In this document: one piece after another, positions 16,896 to 27,600 of the stretch
How the letters are laid out: every line of letters begins with the position of its first letter
Position numbering within the stretch: position 1 is the stretch's first letter
Source of the DNA: a virus
Taxonomy: Duplodnaviria > Caudoviricetes
Length of the DNA: 32,266 nt
Direction: 5' to 3' (one strand)
Virus record (IMG/VR): IMGVR_UViG_3300042253_000106
Span: 1 to 32,266 of that record
Notes under the pieces: generated by a model
Seen by the model: the letters and a program-made list of their open reading frames with translations, nothing else
Database searches by the model: none
Told to the model about the DNA's origin: nothing
Made by a program: the position numbers and the translations under genes

Positions 16896-18999
16896 GAATT
16901 TCAGATCGGCCCTTTGGTGCCGCAATGACGAGGCTACCCCGGCCCCGCGAACGGGGGCGGCGGTTCGCCTGCATGCCGAGATCCCGCCGCAGGCAGATGG
17001 CAGCCGCCGGGTGGAATTCGCCTTTTCGTCGGAGGAGCCGTATCTCCGGCGGGATTTCGAGACTGGCGAGCCCTTCCTCGAGGTGCTGGGGCACCGCGCG
17101 GATGAGATCAATCTGTCATGGATTTCAAGCGGGCGGGCCCCGCTTTTGAAGGATCACGTGCCGATGGTGGATCACGCCATCGGCGTGGTGGAGCGCGCCT
17201 GGCTGGATGGCACCGGCCGGGCGCGCGCGGCGGTGCGGTTTTCGCGCAGCGCCGCGGGCGATGATGTCATGGCGCGGGTGCACGCCGGTGAGATCGTCAA
17301 TGTGAGCGTCGGTTACTCGATCCAGGCCGCCGAGCGTGCGGGCGAGCGGGATGGCATCCCTATCGTGCGCGTGACGCGCTGGACACCGCGCGAGATCAGC
17401 TTTGTCGCCCTGCCCGCCGATACCACGGTGGGCGTCGGGCGGCAGATACCGGACACGGAAAATGGAGGGCACGAGATGCCGAAAGATATCGAACGGGCCG
17501 CGCAGGCGGCGATGACGGGACTGAGTGGGCTGCATACCCGCGACGATGGCACCGGGGGCACGGGCAGCCGCCCGCAATCCTCGCTGGCCATGGCACGCGC
17601 GGCCGAAGGTGGCCAGGGCCGCGCGCAGGGCGCAGGCCATGAGGCCGCGCAGACCGGGGGTGCTGGTGGCCAGGGCACGAATGACCAGGGCGCGCGCGCT
17701 TCCGCCCAGCCCGGGCAGGGCGAGAGCGGGACCGGGGCTGCCCCCGCGCAGGCGCGGGGTGGCATGGATGGCGAGCAGATGCTGCGCATGGAGCGCCAGC
17801 GGATCGCCGAGATCGACGCGGCGGCCCGCGAATTCGATCTGCCCGACGATATGGTGCAGCGCGCCCGACGCGATGGCACCTCGCTCGATGCCTTCCACCG
17901 CCAGGTGCTCGACCATCTGCGTGGCCAGAGCGGGGAAAGCACCCGCGCGCGCGAGACCATGATCGGCATGAGCGATGGGGAAACCCGCAGTTTTTCGATC
18001 ATGAACCTGGTGCGCTACCTGGTGAACCCGAACGACCAGGCAGCGCAGCGTGCGGCCGGGTTCGAGATCGAGGCGAGCCGCGCCGCCGCCGACCGGCTGG
18101 GGCGCGATCCGGGTGGCGTGTTCATCCCGCCCGATGTGCTGATGCGTGGCAACTTCCTGCGCGCGCAGGGCACAGGCACGGCGGGCGCGGGCGGCGCGCT
18201 GGTCGAAACGCAGCATCTGGCGGGTTCGTTCATCGACCTTCTGCGCAACCGGCTGGCGCTGGCCAGTGCGGGCGTGACCATACTTACCGGCCTGCGCGGC
18301 AATGTTTCGATCCCCAAGATGACCGCGGGCACCAGCCATGAATGGGTCGATGAGGGCGGCGCGCCCACGGACACGCAGGCCACGTTTGCCAATGTGACCA
18401 TGACGCCGCACACGGTGGGCGTGCCGGTGCCGATCACCCGGCGGCTGCTGCTGCAATCCGACCCGTCCATCGAGGCGCTGATCCGCGCCGAGATTCTCGC
18501 GCGGGTGGCCATTGCCATCGACAAGGTGGCGCTGGCGGGCGAAGCATCACCGGCCGCGCCGAGCGGGCTGCGCGATGTCATCGCGGCCGGGGCGGATATC
18601 TGGGCCGCGGCCGGCGCGCCGACCCATGCCGAGATCGTGGCGCTGGAATCGGCGGTGGCGGCCGAGAATGCGGATATTGGCAGCCTTGCCTATATTTACA
18701 ACGCGCAGATGTCCGGCCGCCTGAAATCCACCGAGATTTCAGCGGGAACGGCGGTTTTCATCGAGGGCACTGACGGCACGGTCAACGGCCATCGGCGCAT
18801 CCGGTCGAACCAGTCCGGGGCCAATGATGTCTATTTCGGCAACTGGGCCGATCTGATCATCGGCATGTGGTCGGGGCTCGATCTGCGCGAGGATCGCGCC
18901 ACGCTGGCCAGCTCGGACGGGCTGGTGCTGCGCGCCTTCCAGGATGTCGACGTGGCCATCCGCCGGGCCGAAAGCTTCCACATGGGCCGCAACCTCTGA
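16888..18999 (+). CDS. Prohead protease - major capsid protein fusion (HK97 fold)
   Basis: N-terminal AFSSEEP...PLLKDH...NVSVGY...WTPREISFVALPAD protease; low-complexity linker; capsid region GGALVET...FIDLLRN...FGNWADLIIGMW...DVAIRRAESF. Confidence 0.93.
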   Translation: MGENFRSALWCRNDEATPAPRTGAAVRLHAEIPPQADGSRRVEFAFSSEEPYLRRDFETGEPFLEVLGHRADEINLSWISSGRAPLLKDHVPMVDHAIGVVERAWLDGTGRARAAVRFSRSAAGDDVMARVHAGEIVNVSVGYSIQAAERAGERDGIPIVRVTRWTPREISFVALPADTTVGVGRQIPDTENGGHEMPKDIERAAQAAMTGLSGLHTRDDGTGGTGSRPQSSLAMARAAEGGQGRAQGAGHEAAQTGGAGGQGTNDQGARASAQPGQGESGTGAAPAQARGGMDGEQMLRMERQRIAEIDAAAREFDLPDDMVQRARRDGTSLDAFHRQVLDHLRGQSGESTRARETMIGMSDGETRSFSIMNLVRYLVNPNDQAAQRAAGFEIEASRAAADRLGRDPGGVFIPPDVLMRGNFLRAQGTGTAGAGGALVETQHLAGSFIDLLRNRLALASAGVTILTGLRGNVSIPKMTAGTSHEWVDEGGAPTDTQATFANVTMTPHTVGVPVPITRRLLLQSDPSIEALIRAEILARVAIAIDKVALAGEASPAAPSGLRDVIAAGADIWAAAGAPTHAEIVALESAVAAENADIGSLAYIYNAQMSGRLKSTEISAGTAVFIEGTDGTVNGHRRIRSNQSGANDVYFGNWADLIIGMWSGLDLREDRATLASSDGLVLRAFQDVDVAIRRAESFHMGRNL

Positions 19000-19014
19000 T
19001 CGGGGCCTGAATCC

Positions 19015-19041
19015 CCCGGGCGGGGGTGAGCCCCGCCCGGG
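19015..19041 (+). terminator. GC hairpin after the capsid gene (attenuator or mRNA stabiliser)
   Basis: Perfect 11-bp stem CCCGGGCGGGG/CCCCGCCCGGG with a 5-nt loop; no U-tract. Confidence 0.55.
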
Positions 19042-19067
19042 CTGACACGTAAAACGGAGTGAGAGAA

Positions 19068-19349
19068 ATGGCGAAAGTTCCCTCGGGCACGGTGCCCGTG
19101 AAAGTGAAGGCCAAGACCGTCTATGGCGGCAAGACCTACAAGCCGGGCGAGATCGCCCATGTCGACCCGGTGATCGCCCGGCGCATGGCCGAGCGCGGCC
19201 GCGTCGTGGCATCGGACGAAAACCGCGCGGTACAGGAGGGGGGCCGCCCCGATCCTGCTGAGATCAAGGCTAAAGCCGAGGCGGAAGCCAAGGCGGAAGC
19301 GGGAGCCAAGGCCGAGGCGGACGCCCAGAAGAACGCGGGCTCAAAATGA
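19068..19349 (+). CDS. Small head-associated protein with an AEAKAEA-rich tail
   Basis: GGAG RBS; YKPGEIAHVD..IARRMAERGRV motif typical of post-capsid genes. Confidence 0.7.
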   Translation: MAKVPSGTVPVKVKAKTVYGGKTYKPGEIAHVDPVIARRMAERGRVVASDENRAVQEGGRPDPAEIKAKAEAEAKAEAGAKAEADAQKNAGSK

Positions 19350-19663
19350 TCGGCATCGAAGATCCCGGCGATCACGATCTTTTCACCGACCCGGAGGTGT
19401 TCGGCGATCTCGCGCAGTACACGCCGCAGGGCGGTGCCCTGATCGAGGTGCCGGGCATCTTCACCGCCGCGCATGCGCGCGTGCTCGACGGGGCGGGGCC
19501 GGGGGTTTCCTCGGTCTCGCCCGTCTTCGCGATTTTCGAGGATGCGCTGCCCGAAAGCCCCGCGCAGGGCGACACGCTCGATCTGCGCGGGCAGAGCTGG
19601 CGGGTGGCGGATCTGGAACCTGACGGCACCGGTATGGTGCGTCTTATCCTGGAGAGACTGTAA
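19346..19663 (+). CDS. Head-tail joining protein (gpFII-like head closure)
   Basis: FTDPEVFG..A.Y...GIF...GDTL...WRV...EPDGTGMVRLILE pattern; position. Confidence 0.8.
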   Translation: MIGIEDPGDHDLFTDPEVFGDLAQYTPQGGALIEVPGIFTAAHARVLDGAGPGVSSVSPVFAIFEDALPESPAQGDTLDLRGQSWRVADLEPDGTGMVRLILERL

Positions 19664-20046
19664 TGTTGAAAGGCAAGGATGGCGTGGTGAAATTCGGCAC
19701 GCCCGTGGCGGCGGTGCTCGCCGTGCAGAGCTGGAACCTGGACCCGCAGGCCGATGAGGTCTCGGGCTGGGGCATGGGCGATGAATGGGAGGAGAGCTTC
19801 GCCACGATCAAGCGCTACTCGGGCTCGGTCGAGGTCTATCTCAACCCCGCTGACGCGGCGGTGCCCGATCTGGCGGAAACCGTGGCGGTGGAGCTTTTCC
19901 CCGGCGGCGAGACCACGGGCAGCGGCTTTTTCTCGGGCAATGTGGTGATCACCGGCAAGGCCATGTCCGGCTCGAAAGACGGCATCCCTACCATGACACT
20001 CAACATCAAGGGCACCGGTGCCCTGACAGAATCGACGGTGGTGTGA
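19663..20046 (+). CDS. Tail tube (major tail) protein, minimal 127 aa
   Basis: MLKGKDGVVK...SWNLD...GSVEVY...FSGNVVIT...GTGAL pattern; precedes chaperone and tape measure. Confidence 0.8.
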   Translation: MLKGKDGVVKFGTPVAAVLAVQSWNLDPQADEVSGWGMGDEWEESFATIKRYSGSVEVYLNPADAAVPDLAETVAVELFPGGETTGSGFFSGNVVITGKAMSGSKDGIPTMTLNIKGTGALTESTVV

Positions 20047-20393
20047 TGGCTAATGCACTCGAGGCGCTCAAGGCGCATTACGCGCGGATGCGGTCGCAGA
20101 AAATGGCCGTGCCCGAAATCACCGATCCCGAAACCGGCGCACCCCTGGTGGTTTACTTCGACCCGCCGACGAATGCGCAGGCGCAAATGGTGCAGGCACG
20201 TGCCGGGGGGTCTGACGGGCGGCTCACACTCTACACGGTGATCTATCTGGCCAAGGATGCTGAGGGCAAGCGACTGTTCGAGGATGATGCGCCCACCGTC
20301 AAGGCGCTCTCGGAGGATGTCGATGGCGGGGTGCTGGCGCGGATCGCCGCCCGGATCATGGGGCGCACATCGCCCGAAGATCTGGGAAACTGA
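20046..20393 (+). CDS. Tail assembly chaperone (gpG-like)
   Basis: AKDAEGKRLF motif; ends ...DLGN* over the slippery site GGGAAAC. Confidence 0.85.
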   Translation: MANALEALKAHYARMRSQKMAVPEITDPETGAPLVVYFDPPTNAQAQMVQARAGGSDGRLTLYTVIYLAKDAEGKRLFEDDAPTVKALSEDVDGGVLARIAARIMGRTSPEDLGN

Positions 20394-20539
20394 TCGAGGC
20401 GCAGTCCGATCTGCGGTTTCTCTATCGCCTCGCCCTGACCCTGGGCAAATCCCTGGGCGAGGTGATGGAGATGCCGATGGAGGAGGTCTCGGGCTGGGCC
20501 GCGTTTCTCGACTGGCAGAGCAAACAGAAAAAGAGGTGA
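20384..20539 (+). CDS. gpGT-like extension made by a programmed -1 frameshift
   Basis: G GGA AAC heptamer at 20384-20390; -1 frame reads LIEAQSDLRFLYRLALTLGKSLGEVMEMPMEEVSGWAAFLDWQSKQKKR*, ending 3 nt before the tape-measure ATG. Confidence 0.85.
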   Translation, partial: GKLIEAQSDLRFLYRLALTLGKSLGEVMEMPMEEVSGWAAFLDWQSKQKKR

Positions 20540-20542
20540 GAG

Positions 20543-22627
20543 ATGGGGCTGCGCGATCTGTTCTTCGCGATCACGGCAAGCGACAAGACCGGCGGCGCGT
20601 TCGGATCGGTCAACCGCAACCTGCGCACCACCGAGGGGCTATCGGCCAGCGTGAGCGAGCGGCTGGGTCGTGCGGGCGGGGCAATGCAGCGTTTTGGCGC
20701 GCGCGGTTCGGTGGCCAGCGCCGGTGTGGTGGCGGTGTTTCGCGACTCGCTTTCACTCTTCGATCAGCAGGAGCGCGCCGAGACCAAGGTCGCGCAGGCG
20801 ATCAAGACCACGGGCGGCGCGGCCGGGTTCACCGCCGATGAGCTCTTTCGCCAGGCCAGCGCGCTGCAGGCCGTCACCCGCTTTGGCGATGAGGATATCC
20901 TGGGCAATGTCACCGCGCAGCTGCTGACCTTCACGAATGTGAGCGGCACCGCCTTCGAGCGCGCCCAGGAGCTGGTGCTCGATTTCGTCGCGACAACGGG
21001 GCGCGGCGCGCTCGACACCTCGATCCAGTTCGGCAAGGCGCTCAACGATCCGGTGAAGGGCCTGACGGCGCTGTCGCGCGCGGGCATCCAGTTCAGCGAT
21101 GCACAGAAAGACCTGATCAAGGATATGGTCGCGGTGGGCGATGTCGCGGGGGCGCAGGCGCTCATCCTTGATGAGCTCGAGACGCAATATGGCGGCCAGG
21201 CCCGCGCGGCGCGCGAGGCAGGCACCGGCGTGGTCGATGCCTTTTCAAACAGTTTCGGCGATCTCAAGGAAATCGTCGGCGGGGTCTTTTTGCAGGATGT
21301 GCTGCCGCCGATTGTGGATGGCATGCAGAGCGTGGTCACCTCGTTCCAAACGCTTGATGAGCCGACCCAGCGTTTCATCACCCTGATCGGCCTCGCCGCC
21401 GTCGCGGTGCCACCGCTGACCGCCGCGCTGGGCCTGCTGGTTTCGGGCATGGCGGCGTTGGGCGGGCCGGTCACGCTGGCGATTGCCGGGGTCGCGGCCA
21501 TCACCGCGGGGGTCGTCGCCTTCTGGCCCGAGCAGGAAAACGCCGCGAAGGCCACCGACCAGCTCACCGGCGCGCTGGGTGACGAGATCACGCAATCGCA
21601 GCTCTTGTCCGGGGTGCTGGGCGGCAGCACGACCATGTCGGTCGACGCCGCCCGCAAGAAGCTCTCGGAGGCGCGGGCCCGGCAGGAGAACGTCAAGGCG
21701 ATCATCGCCGAGAACCGCGCGCTGAAATTGCAGAGCACCGATTACCAGGCCCTGCTTTCGGATATCTCGGACACCGAGGATGCGCTCAATTCGCTTGGCT
21801 TCCCGGCGATAGACGCGGCGACGCCGATCAACGCCGAGGCATTCGAGCAGACGCAAAAGCGCCTTGCCGATCTGCGCGTTCAACAGCAGGACTTTCTCAA
21901 GGCGGGTGAGGAGTTCGACGCGCAGCTCAGGCGCACCGAGGAAAACATCGCCACGCTCGAGGCTGCGCTGGCAAGTTCATCGGGCGGCGTGGTCAAGTTC
22001 GGCGGCGATATCGTCACGCCCATCGAGCCCACGAACCGGCTGTCGGATGCGCTGGCCGGTCGCGGCGGCGGCACGGCTCCATCGCTCAAGGACTCGATCA
22101 AGGATGTCGAGGGCGCGCTCGACAATCTCGGGCAGACGGGCGCGTTCGGCACGATCCGGTCGGAGCTGCGCGGGCTGATCGTAGAGGGCGGAAACTGGCG
22201 CGATGCCTGGGATAGCGTCATCGGATCGGTGGCCGACCGGGTGCTCGATCTGGCGCTCGATCCGGTCTGGGATGCCCTGTCGAACAGCCTGCAAAAGGCG
22301 TTGCCGGGCGCGGCGGGCGGCGGCCCGGCGGCCGCAGGCGGCGGCGGGTTCTTCGCAGGCCTGAGCGGTCTGATCGGCAACGTGCTGGGCTTTGACGATG
22401 GCGGTGCCTTTACTGTCTCGGGACGTGCGGGCACCGACCGCAACCTCGCCACCGTGCGGCTGAGCGAGGGCGAGGAGGTGCAGGTGACGCGGCGCGGCGA
22501 CGCAGGCCGCGGGCCGGTGATCAACGTCACGATCCAGACACCCGACCCGGCCGCCTTCAAGGCCAGCCGCGCGCAGATCGGGCGGCAGCTGGGCGCGGTC
22601 GTGGCCGCCGGGCAGAGGGCCTCGTGA
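20543..22627 (+). CDS. Tail tape measure protein (694 aa)
   Basis: ITASDKTGGAF N-terminus; GKALNDPVKGLTALSRAG; Ala/Gly-rich with a hydrophobic middle; GTA-like C-terminus VTIQTPDPAAFKASRAQI. Confidence 0.93.
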   Translation: MGLRDLFFAITASDKTGGAFGSVNRNLRTTEGLSASVSERLGRAGGAMQRFGARGSVASAGVVAVFRDSLSLFDQQERAETKVAQAIKTTGGAAGFTADELFRQASALQAVTRFGDEDILGNVTAQLLTFTNVSGTAFERAQELVLDFVATTGRGALDTSIQFGKALNDPVKGLTALSRAGIQFSDAQKDLIKDMVAVGDVAGAQALILDELETQYGGQARAAREAGTGVVDAFSNSFGDLKEIVGGVFLQDVLPPIVDGMQSVVTSFQTLDEPTQRFITLIGLAAVAVPPLTAALGLLVSGMAALGGPVTLAIAGVAAITAGVVAFWPEQENAAKATDQLTGALGDEITQSQLLSGVLGGSTTMSVDAARKKLSEARARQENVKAIIAENRALKLQSTDYQALLSDISDTEDALNSLGFPAIDAATPINAEAFEQTQKRLADLRVQQQDFLKAGEEFDAQLRRTEENIATLEAALASSSGGVVKFGGDIVTPIEPTNRLSDALAGRGGGTAPSLKDSIKDVEGALDNLGQTGAFGTIRSELRGLIVEGGNWRDAWDSVIGSVADRVLDLALDPVWDALSNSLQKALPGAAGGGPAAAGGGGFFAGLSGLIGNVLGFDDGGAFTVSGRAGTDRNLATVRLSEGEEVQVTRRGDAGRGPVINVTIQTPDPAAFKASRAQIGRQLGAVVAAGQRAS

Positions 22628-23310
22628 TGGCGCATCTGGACATTCATTTCCCGCGCGATATCGCGCAGGGCTGCCAGGGCCTGATCGAGCGGCGCGACGA
22701 GATCGTGCAGCTCGCCTCGGGACGTGAGGAGAGCAATCAGCGCTGGGTCGATTCGCGGCGATCCTGGTCGGGCGGTCTCGCGATCCGCAAGGCGGCCGAT
22801 CTGGCAGCCGTGGTCGAGGTGTTCGAGGAGGCGCGCGGACGTGCAAACAGCTTTCATTTCCGCGACTGGCTCGATCACCGATCCGCGCCGCACGGGGCAC
22901 CGATCACCGCCAGCGATCAGCCCATCGGCCAGCCCGCCGCTACCGGCACGCTTTACGAGGTGGGCGCAGGCGATGGCGCGCGGCGCGAGTTCCAGTTGGT
23001 CAAGCGGTACGGCGCGGCCAATCCCTACCTGCGCCCCATCGCCCTGCCCGACCCGGCCAGCCTGCGCGTCGCGGTGGACGGTGCTGAGACCACGGCTTTC
23101 GCGCTCGCCAGCCCCGGTGGGCGGATCACGTTTGACGTGGCCCCGCCGCCGGGCGCGGTGCTAACGGCCGGGTTCGAGTTCGATGTGCCGGTGCGGTTCG
23201 AGACGGCCAATCTCGCGGTGAGCTGGGCCTATTTTCGCGGGCAGGACGGGCTGGGCGAGGTGCCGGATTTCACGCTGATCGAGGTCCGGCTCGACGGGGA
23301 GGCTGCGTGA
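22627..23310 (+). CDS. Distal tail protein, DUF2460/TIGR02217 (RcGTA g12-like)
   Basis: FP.DIA.G..G...RRDEIV.LASGREE.NQRW..SRR; FEEARGRANSFHFRDWLD; TAGFEFDVPVRF. Confidence 0.92.
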   Translation: MAHLDIHFPRDIAQGCQGLIERRDEIVQLASGREESNQRWVDSRRSWSGGLAIRKAADLAAVVEVFEEARGRANSFHFRDWLDHRSAPHGAPITASDQPIGQPAATGTLYEVGAGDGARREFQLVKRYGAANPYLRPIALPDPASLRVAVDGAETTAFALASPGGRITFDVAPPPGAVLTAGFEFDVPVRFETANLAVSWAYFRGQDGLGEVPDFTLIEVRLDGEAA

Positions 23311-24188
23311 TGGATGCGTTTGCGCAGGCCCTGGCCAGCGGCTCGACCCGGCTGGCCCGGCTGTTCCGGGTCGAGCGGCGCGACGGCATGGTGCTGGGCT
23401 TCACCGATCACGACCGCGATATCACCCGCGATGGCGTGATCTTTCGCGCCGCCGCGGCCCTTACCGCGTCGGAAAGCGCGGCCGTGCTGGGGCTGGCCCC
23501 CGATGAGCTCGATGCGGCGGGAGCCCTGTCGGATGACGCGATCACCGAGGCCGATCTGGCCGCCGGGGCCTATGACGCAGCAGAGGTCGAGATGTGGGAG
23601 GCCGATTGGTCCGCCCCGGCCGTGGCGCGGCTGATCGGGCGGTTCACCATCGGCGAGGTGGTGCGCGGCCCGGTGGCCTTCACCGCCGAGCTGCGCGGGA
23701 TCACCGCCGCACTCGCCCGCCCGCAAGGCCGGGTGCATTCGAACATGTGCGACGTGGCGCGGCTGGGCGATGCCCGCTGCAGGCTCGATCTCGACGCGGG
23801 TGGCTGGCGATTGGCGGGCACGGTCGAGGCGGTGCATGAGCTCGAGGTTGCCCTGTCGGGGATCGACGTCGAGGGCGGTTTCTTCAATCGCGGCCTCCTG
23901 CGCTTCACCTCGGGGGCGGTCACTGGTGCCGAGATCGATATCCGCCTGTCGCAGCGCGAAGGATCTGCACTGCGGCTTTCGCTCTGGCGGGTGCTGCCCG
24001 AGGGGGTGGCAGTGGGCGACGCGGTCGAGGTGGAGGCGGGCTGCGACCGGTCCTTCCTGATGTGCCGGGACCGCTTCGCCAATCAGCTCAATTTCCGGGG
24101 CTTTCCGCTCATGCCCGAGGAATCCTTTGCGGGCGAATATGCGGTCACGGGCGAGCCCGATCAGGATGGAGGGTCGCGCTTTGGCTGA
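23310..24188 (+). CDS. Baseplate hub protein, DUF2163/TIGR02218 (RcGTA g13-like)
   Basis: RRDGMVLGFTDHDRD; ITEADLAAGAYDAAEV; CDVARLGDARC; AGCDRS...CRDRFAN.LNFRGFP. Confidence 0.93.
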   Translation: MDAFAQALASGSTRLARLFRVERRDGMVLGFTDHDRDITRDGVIFRAAAALTASESAAVLGLAPDELDAAGALSDDAITEADLAAGAYDAAEVEMWEADWSAPAVARLIGRFTIGEVVRGPVAFTAELRGITAALARPQGRVHSNMCDVARLGDARCRLDLDAGGWRLAGTVEAVHELEVALSGIDVEGGFFNRGLLRFTSGAVTGAEIDIRLSQREGSALRLSLWRVLPEGVAVGDAVEVEAGCDRSFLMCRDRFANQLNFRGFPLMPEESFAGEYAVTGEPDQDGGSRFG

Positions 24189-24612
24189 GCAGGCAGACAG
24201 GCGGGCGGTGATTGCGGCGGCGCTGGCCTGGCGGGGCACGCCCTGGCACCGGGCGGCCAGCCTCCGCGGGGTGGGATGCGATTGCGTGGGCCTGATCCGG
24301 GGCGTGGTGCGCGACGTGACGGGCGTGGATATCCCCGCCCCGCCATGGTCGCCCGACTGGCCCACCGCCACGCCCGAGCCGCTTATCGCGGCCGCGCGGC
24401 GCTGGCTCCTGCCACTCGATCCGGGTGCCGCGCATCCCGGCGATGTGGTCACCCTGCGGCTCGGGCATCTGCGCGCGGCGCATGCGGGCATCCTGGTGCC
24501 GGGCGGAATCGTGCATGCGACCGAGCGCGCGGGCGTGGTGCGCGTGAGCGTGCCGCCGGGGCGCGGCATCACCACCGCCTGGGCCATACCGGCCGCACCG
24601 GAGGAGGGCTGA
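24181..24612 (+). CDS. NlpC/P60 cell-wall peptidase (RcGTA g14-like)
   Basis: TTG start after GGAGGG; AWRGTPWH..SLRGVGCDCVGLIRGV; HAGIL and IVHA catalytic residues. Confidence 0.88.
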   Translation: MAEQADRRAVIAAALAWRGTPWHRAASLRGVGCDCVGLIRGVVRDVTGVDIPAPPWSPDWPTATPEPLIAAARRWLLPLDPGAAHPGDVVTLRLGHLRAAHAGILVPGGIVHATERAGVVRVSVPPGRGITTAWAIPAAPEEG

Positions 24613-24615
24613 GCC

Positions 24616-27600
24616 ATGGCGACATTGCTTTTCGCAGCGGCAGGATCAGCCATCGGCGGGGCCATCGGCGGCTCGGTGCTGGGCGTCTCGGCGGCGGTGA
24701 TCGGACAGGCGGCGGGCGGCATCGTCGGGCGCGTGATCGACAACGCGCTGTTCGGCGGGCTGCCCTCGGTCAGCCGCGAGGGGCCACGCCTCGAGTCGGT
24801 GCAGGTGATGACCGCTCAGGAAGGCGTACCGCTGACCGATCTGGCGGGCCGGTCCAAGATCGGCGGCACCGTGATCTGGGCGACCCGTCTGCGCGAGGAG
24901 ACGCGCGTGAACCGCGACCGCGTGGGCAGCGGCAAGCAGAAACAGACCGTCACGACCACCAGTTTCGAGTATTTCGCGAGCTTCGCGGTGAGCCTCGGTG
25001 AGGGGCCGGCCGCGCATCTGGGGCGCATCTGGGCCGATGGTCGGCTGTTCGATTTTTCCGACATGATCGCCGAGGGGCGGCTCCGGTTCTACACCGGCTC
25101 GGAGGATCAGCTGCCCGACCCGCTGATCGAGGCTGTCGAGGGGCCGAGCCCGGCGTTTCGCGGCACCGCCTATCTGGTGTTCGAGGATCTGCCGCTCGAG
25201 GATTTTGGCAACCGCGTGCCGCAGATCACCGCCGAGGTCTGGAGCGCGCCGGGCGAGATGGAAGCCCTTGTGCGCGGGGTCAACGTGATCCCCGGCTCGA
25301 CCGAATGGGGCTACAGCCCCGCGCCGGTCAACGCGGTGAGCCGCGGCAGTTTTGGCGAGGTTGTCGAGGAATTCCCCGAGAATAACCACCGGTTCAAGAC
25401 GGTCAGCGACTGGTCGCTGTCGATGGACATGCTGGGTGATCTGCTGCCGAACGCGGGCACCGTGAGCCTGATTGTGGCGTGGTTCGGCACCGATCTGCGC
25501 GCCGGGCTCTGCGAGATCAAGCCGCGCGTCGAGAACAAGGAAAAGGAGACGCAACCGGCCTGGGCGGCGGCGGGCCTCACCCGCGCCACGGCCGAGCTGG
25601 TGGGCCAGGTGGGCGATGCGGCCGCGTTCGGGTCGGCCCCGGCGGATGCCAGCGTGATCGGGGCAATCACCGATCTGCGCGCCCGCGGGTATCGCGTGGT
25701 GTTCTATCCGTTCATCATGATGGATATTCCCGGCGATGCCGCCCTGCCCGCGCCGGATGGCCAGGGCATGCAGGGCGCGTTTCCCTGGCGCGGCCGGATC
25801 GCGCCCCGCGCGGGCGAGGATGTGGCCGCCGAGATCGCCGCTTTCATGGGTGATGGTGCGAGCGACTGGCGCTTTCGCCGGTTCATCCTGCACCTGGCCG
25901 ATCTCGCGGCCCAGGCGGGCGGCGTCGATGCCTTCCTGATTGGGTCCGAGCTGCGCGACCTGACCATGGCCCGCGCCGCTGATGAAAGCTATCCTTTCGT
26001 CGACGCGCTGCGCGGTCTGGCAGGCGAGGTGCGCGGCGTGCTGGGGCCTCAGACCCTAATCAGCTATGCCGCCGACTGGTCGGAATATCACTCGCACCGG
26101 GTGGGTGGGGATGTGCGGTTTCACCTCGATCCGCTCTGGGCGGATGCGCAGATCGATTTCGTGGGGATCGACAATTACCTGCCCATGTCGGATTGGCGGC
26201 CGGGGCGCGATCACCTCGATTTTGACGCCCAGGCAGGGCCGGTCAGCCCCTACGATCTGGGCTACCTCAAATCGAACATCGAGGGCGGTGAATTCTGGGA
26301 TTGGTTCTATGCCGATCAGGCCGCCCGCGAGGCGCAGGACCGCACACCGATTTTCGACGGAGCTCATGGCGAGCACTGGGTGTTTCGGCAAAAGGCGATT
26401 CGCGACTGGCACGGCACGGTGCATCACGACCGGCTCGGCGGGGTGCGCGCGGCCCAGCCCACCGCCTGGGTGCCCGGATCGAAACCGGTCTGGTTCACCG
26501 AGACCGGCTGCCCGGCGGTCGATCTGGGCACCAATCAACCGAATGTGTTTTTCGCCGCCAATTCCAGCGAGGCGGCGCTGCCGCATTTCAGCGCCGGGGT
26601 GCGCGACGATTTCATCCAGCGCCAGTTCCTGCGCGCGCAATTCGAGTGGTGGGCGGAGAACGGCGCGGGCGTGCTCGACGTCAATGATATCCAGGTCTGG
26701 GCCTGGGATGCGCGGCTCTGGCCCGAGTTCCCGTCGCTTTCGGGGCTCTGGGCGGACGGGCCGGACTGGCGGCGCGGGCACTGGCTCAACGGGCGCGCGG
26801 GCGCGGCCCCGGCCGCCGAGACCATTGCCCGGCGGCTCACGCGCCAGCACGGGTTGCCGCCCGCGCGCCTCGATGTCAGCGCGGCACACGGGCAGGCCGA
26901 TGGCTACCCGGCCTCGGGACCGATGGGATTCCGCGACTGGCTGCAGCCGCTCGAGGTCGGTCTCGCGCTCACCGCCTGGGAGGAGGAGGGGGTGATCGTG
27001 ATCGCCGCGCGCGGGGCGGCGCGCGAGGCGGGCGAATTGATCGAGGACCGGATGGCCGAGCGCGGCGATCAGCTCTTCGACGCCACTCGCGGCGCGCTCG
27101 AGGATGTGGCCCGCGCCGCCGAGTTCAAGTTTCGCAACGGCTCTTTTAGTTACGACGCGGCAGTGGCCCGCGCGCGCATCCAGGCAGGCGGCGAGGCCGG
27201 AATCGCGCGCGCGGAATCGCCGCTCGTGCTCGATTTTGATCGAGGCGCGCAGGTTGCCGACCGGCTTTTGTTCGGCGCGGCCGAGGGGCGCGAGCGGCTG
27301 GTGTTTTCCGCGCCGCGCTCGGCGGTCGATCTGCGCCCAGGCCGCATCCTGCCCGTGCGGATCGAGGGGGCATTGGGCCTGCGCCGGATGCTGGTCGAGC
27401 GGGTCACCCTGGGCGAGGCGCTGGCGGTGGAGGCACGGATCTTCGCGCCGCAGATATTCGAACCCTCGGCGGGCGTGTTCCGCCTGCCCCCGCGCCAGCG
27501 CAGCCTGCCGTCAAACGCCGTGCTGCTGGTGTTTCTCGACCTGCCGATCCTGCCCGAGCCCGTGGGAGAGGACTGGGATGGCGTGCTGGCCGCGCATGCC

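Noticed and set aside
19262-19325. AEAKAEA coding repeats as a diversity-generating or VNTR element
   Set aside because: Short degenerate low-complexity tail; no reverse transcriptase or template/variable repeat pair in the window
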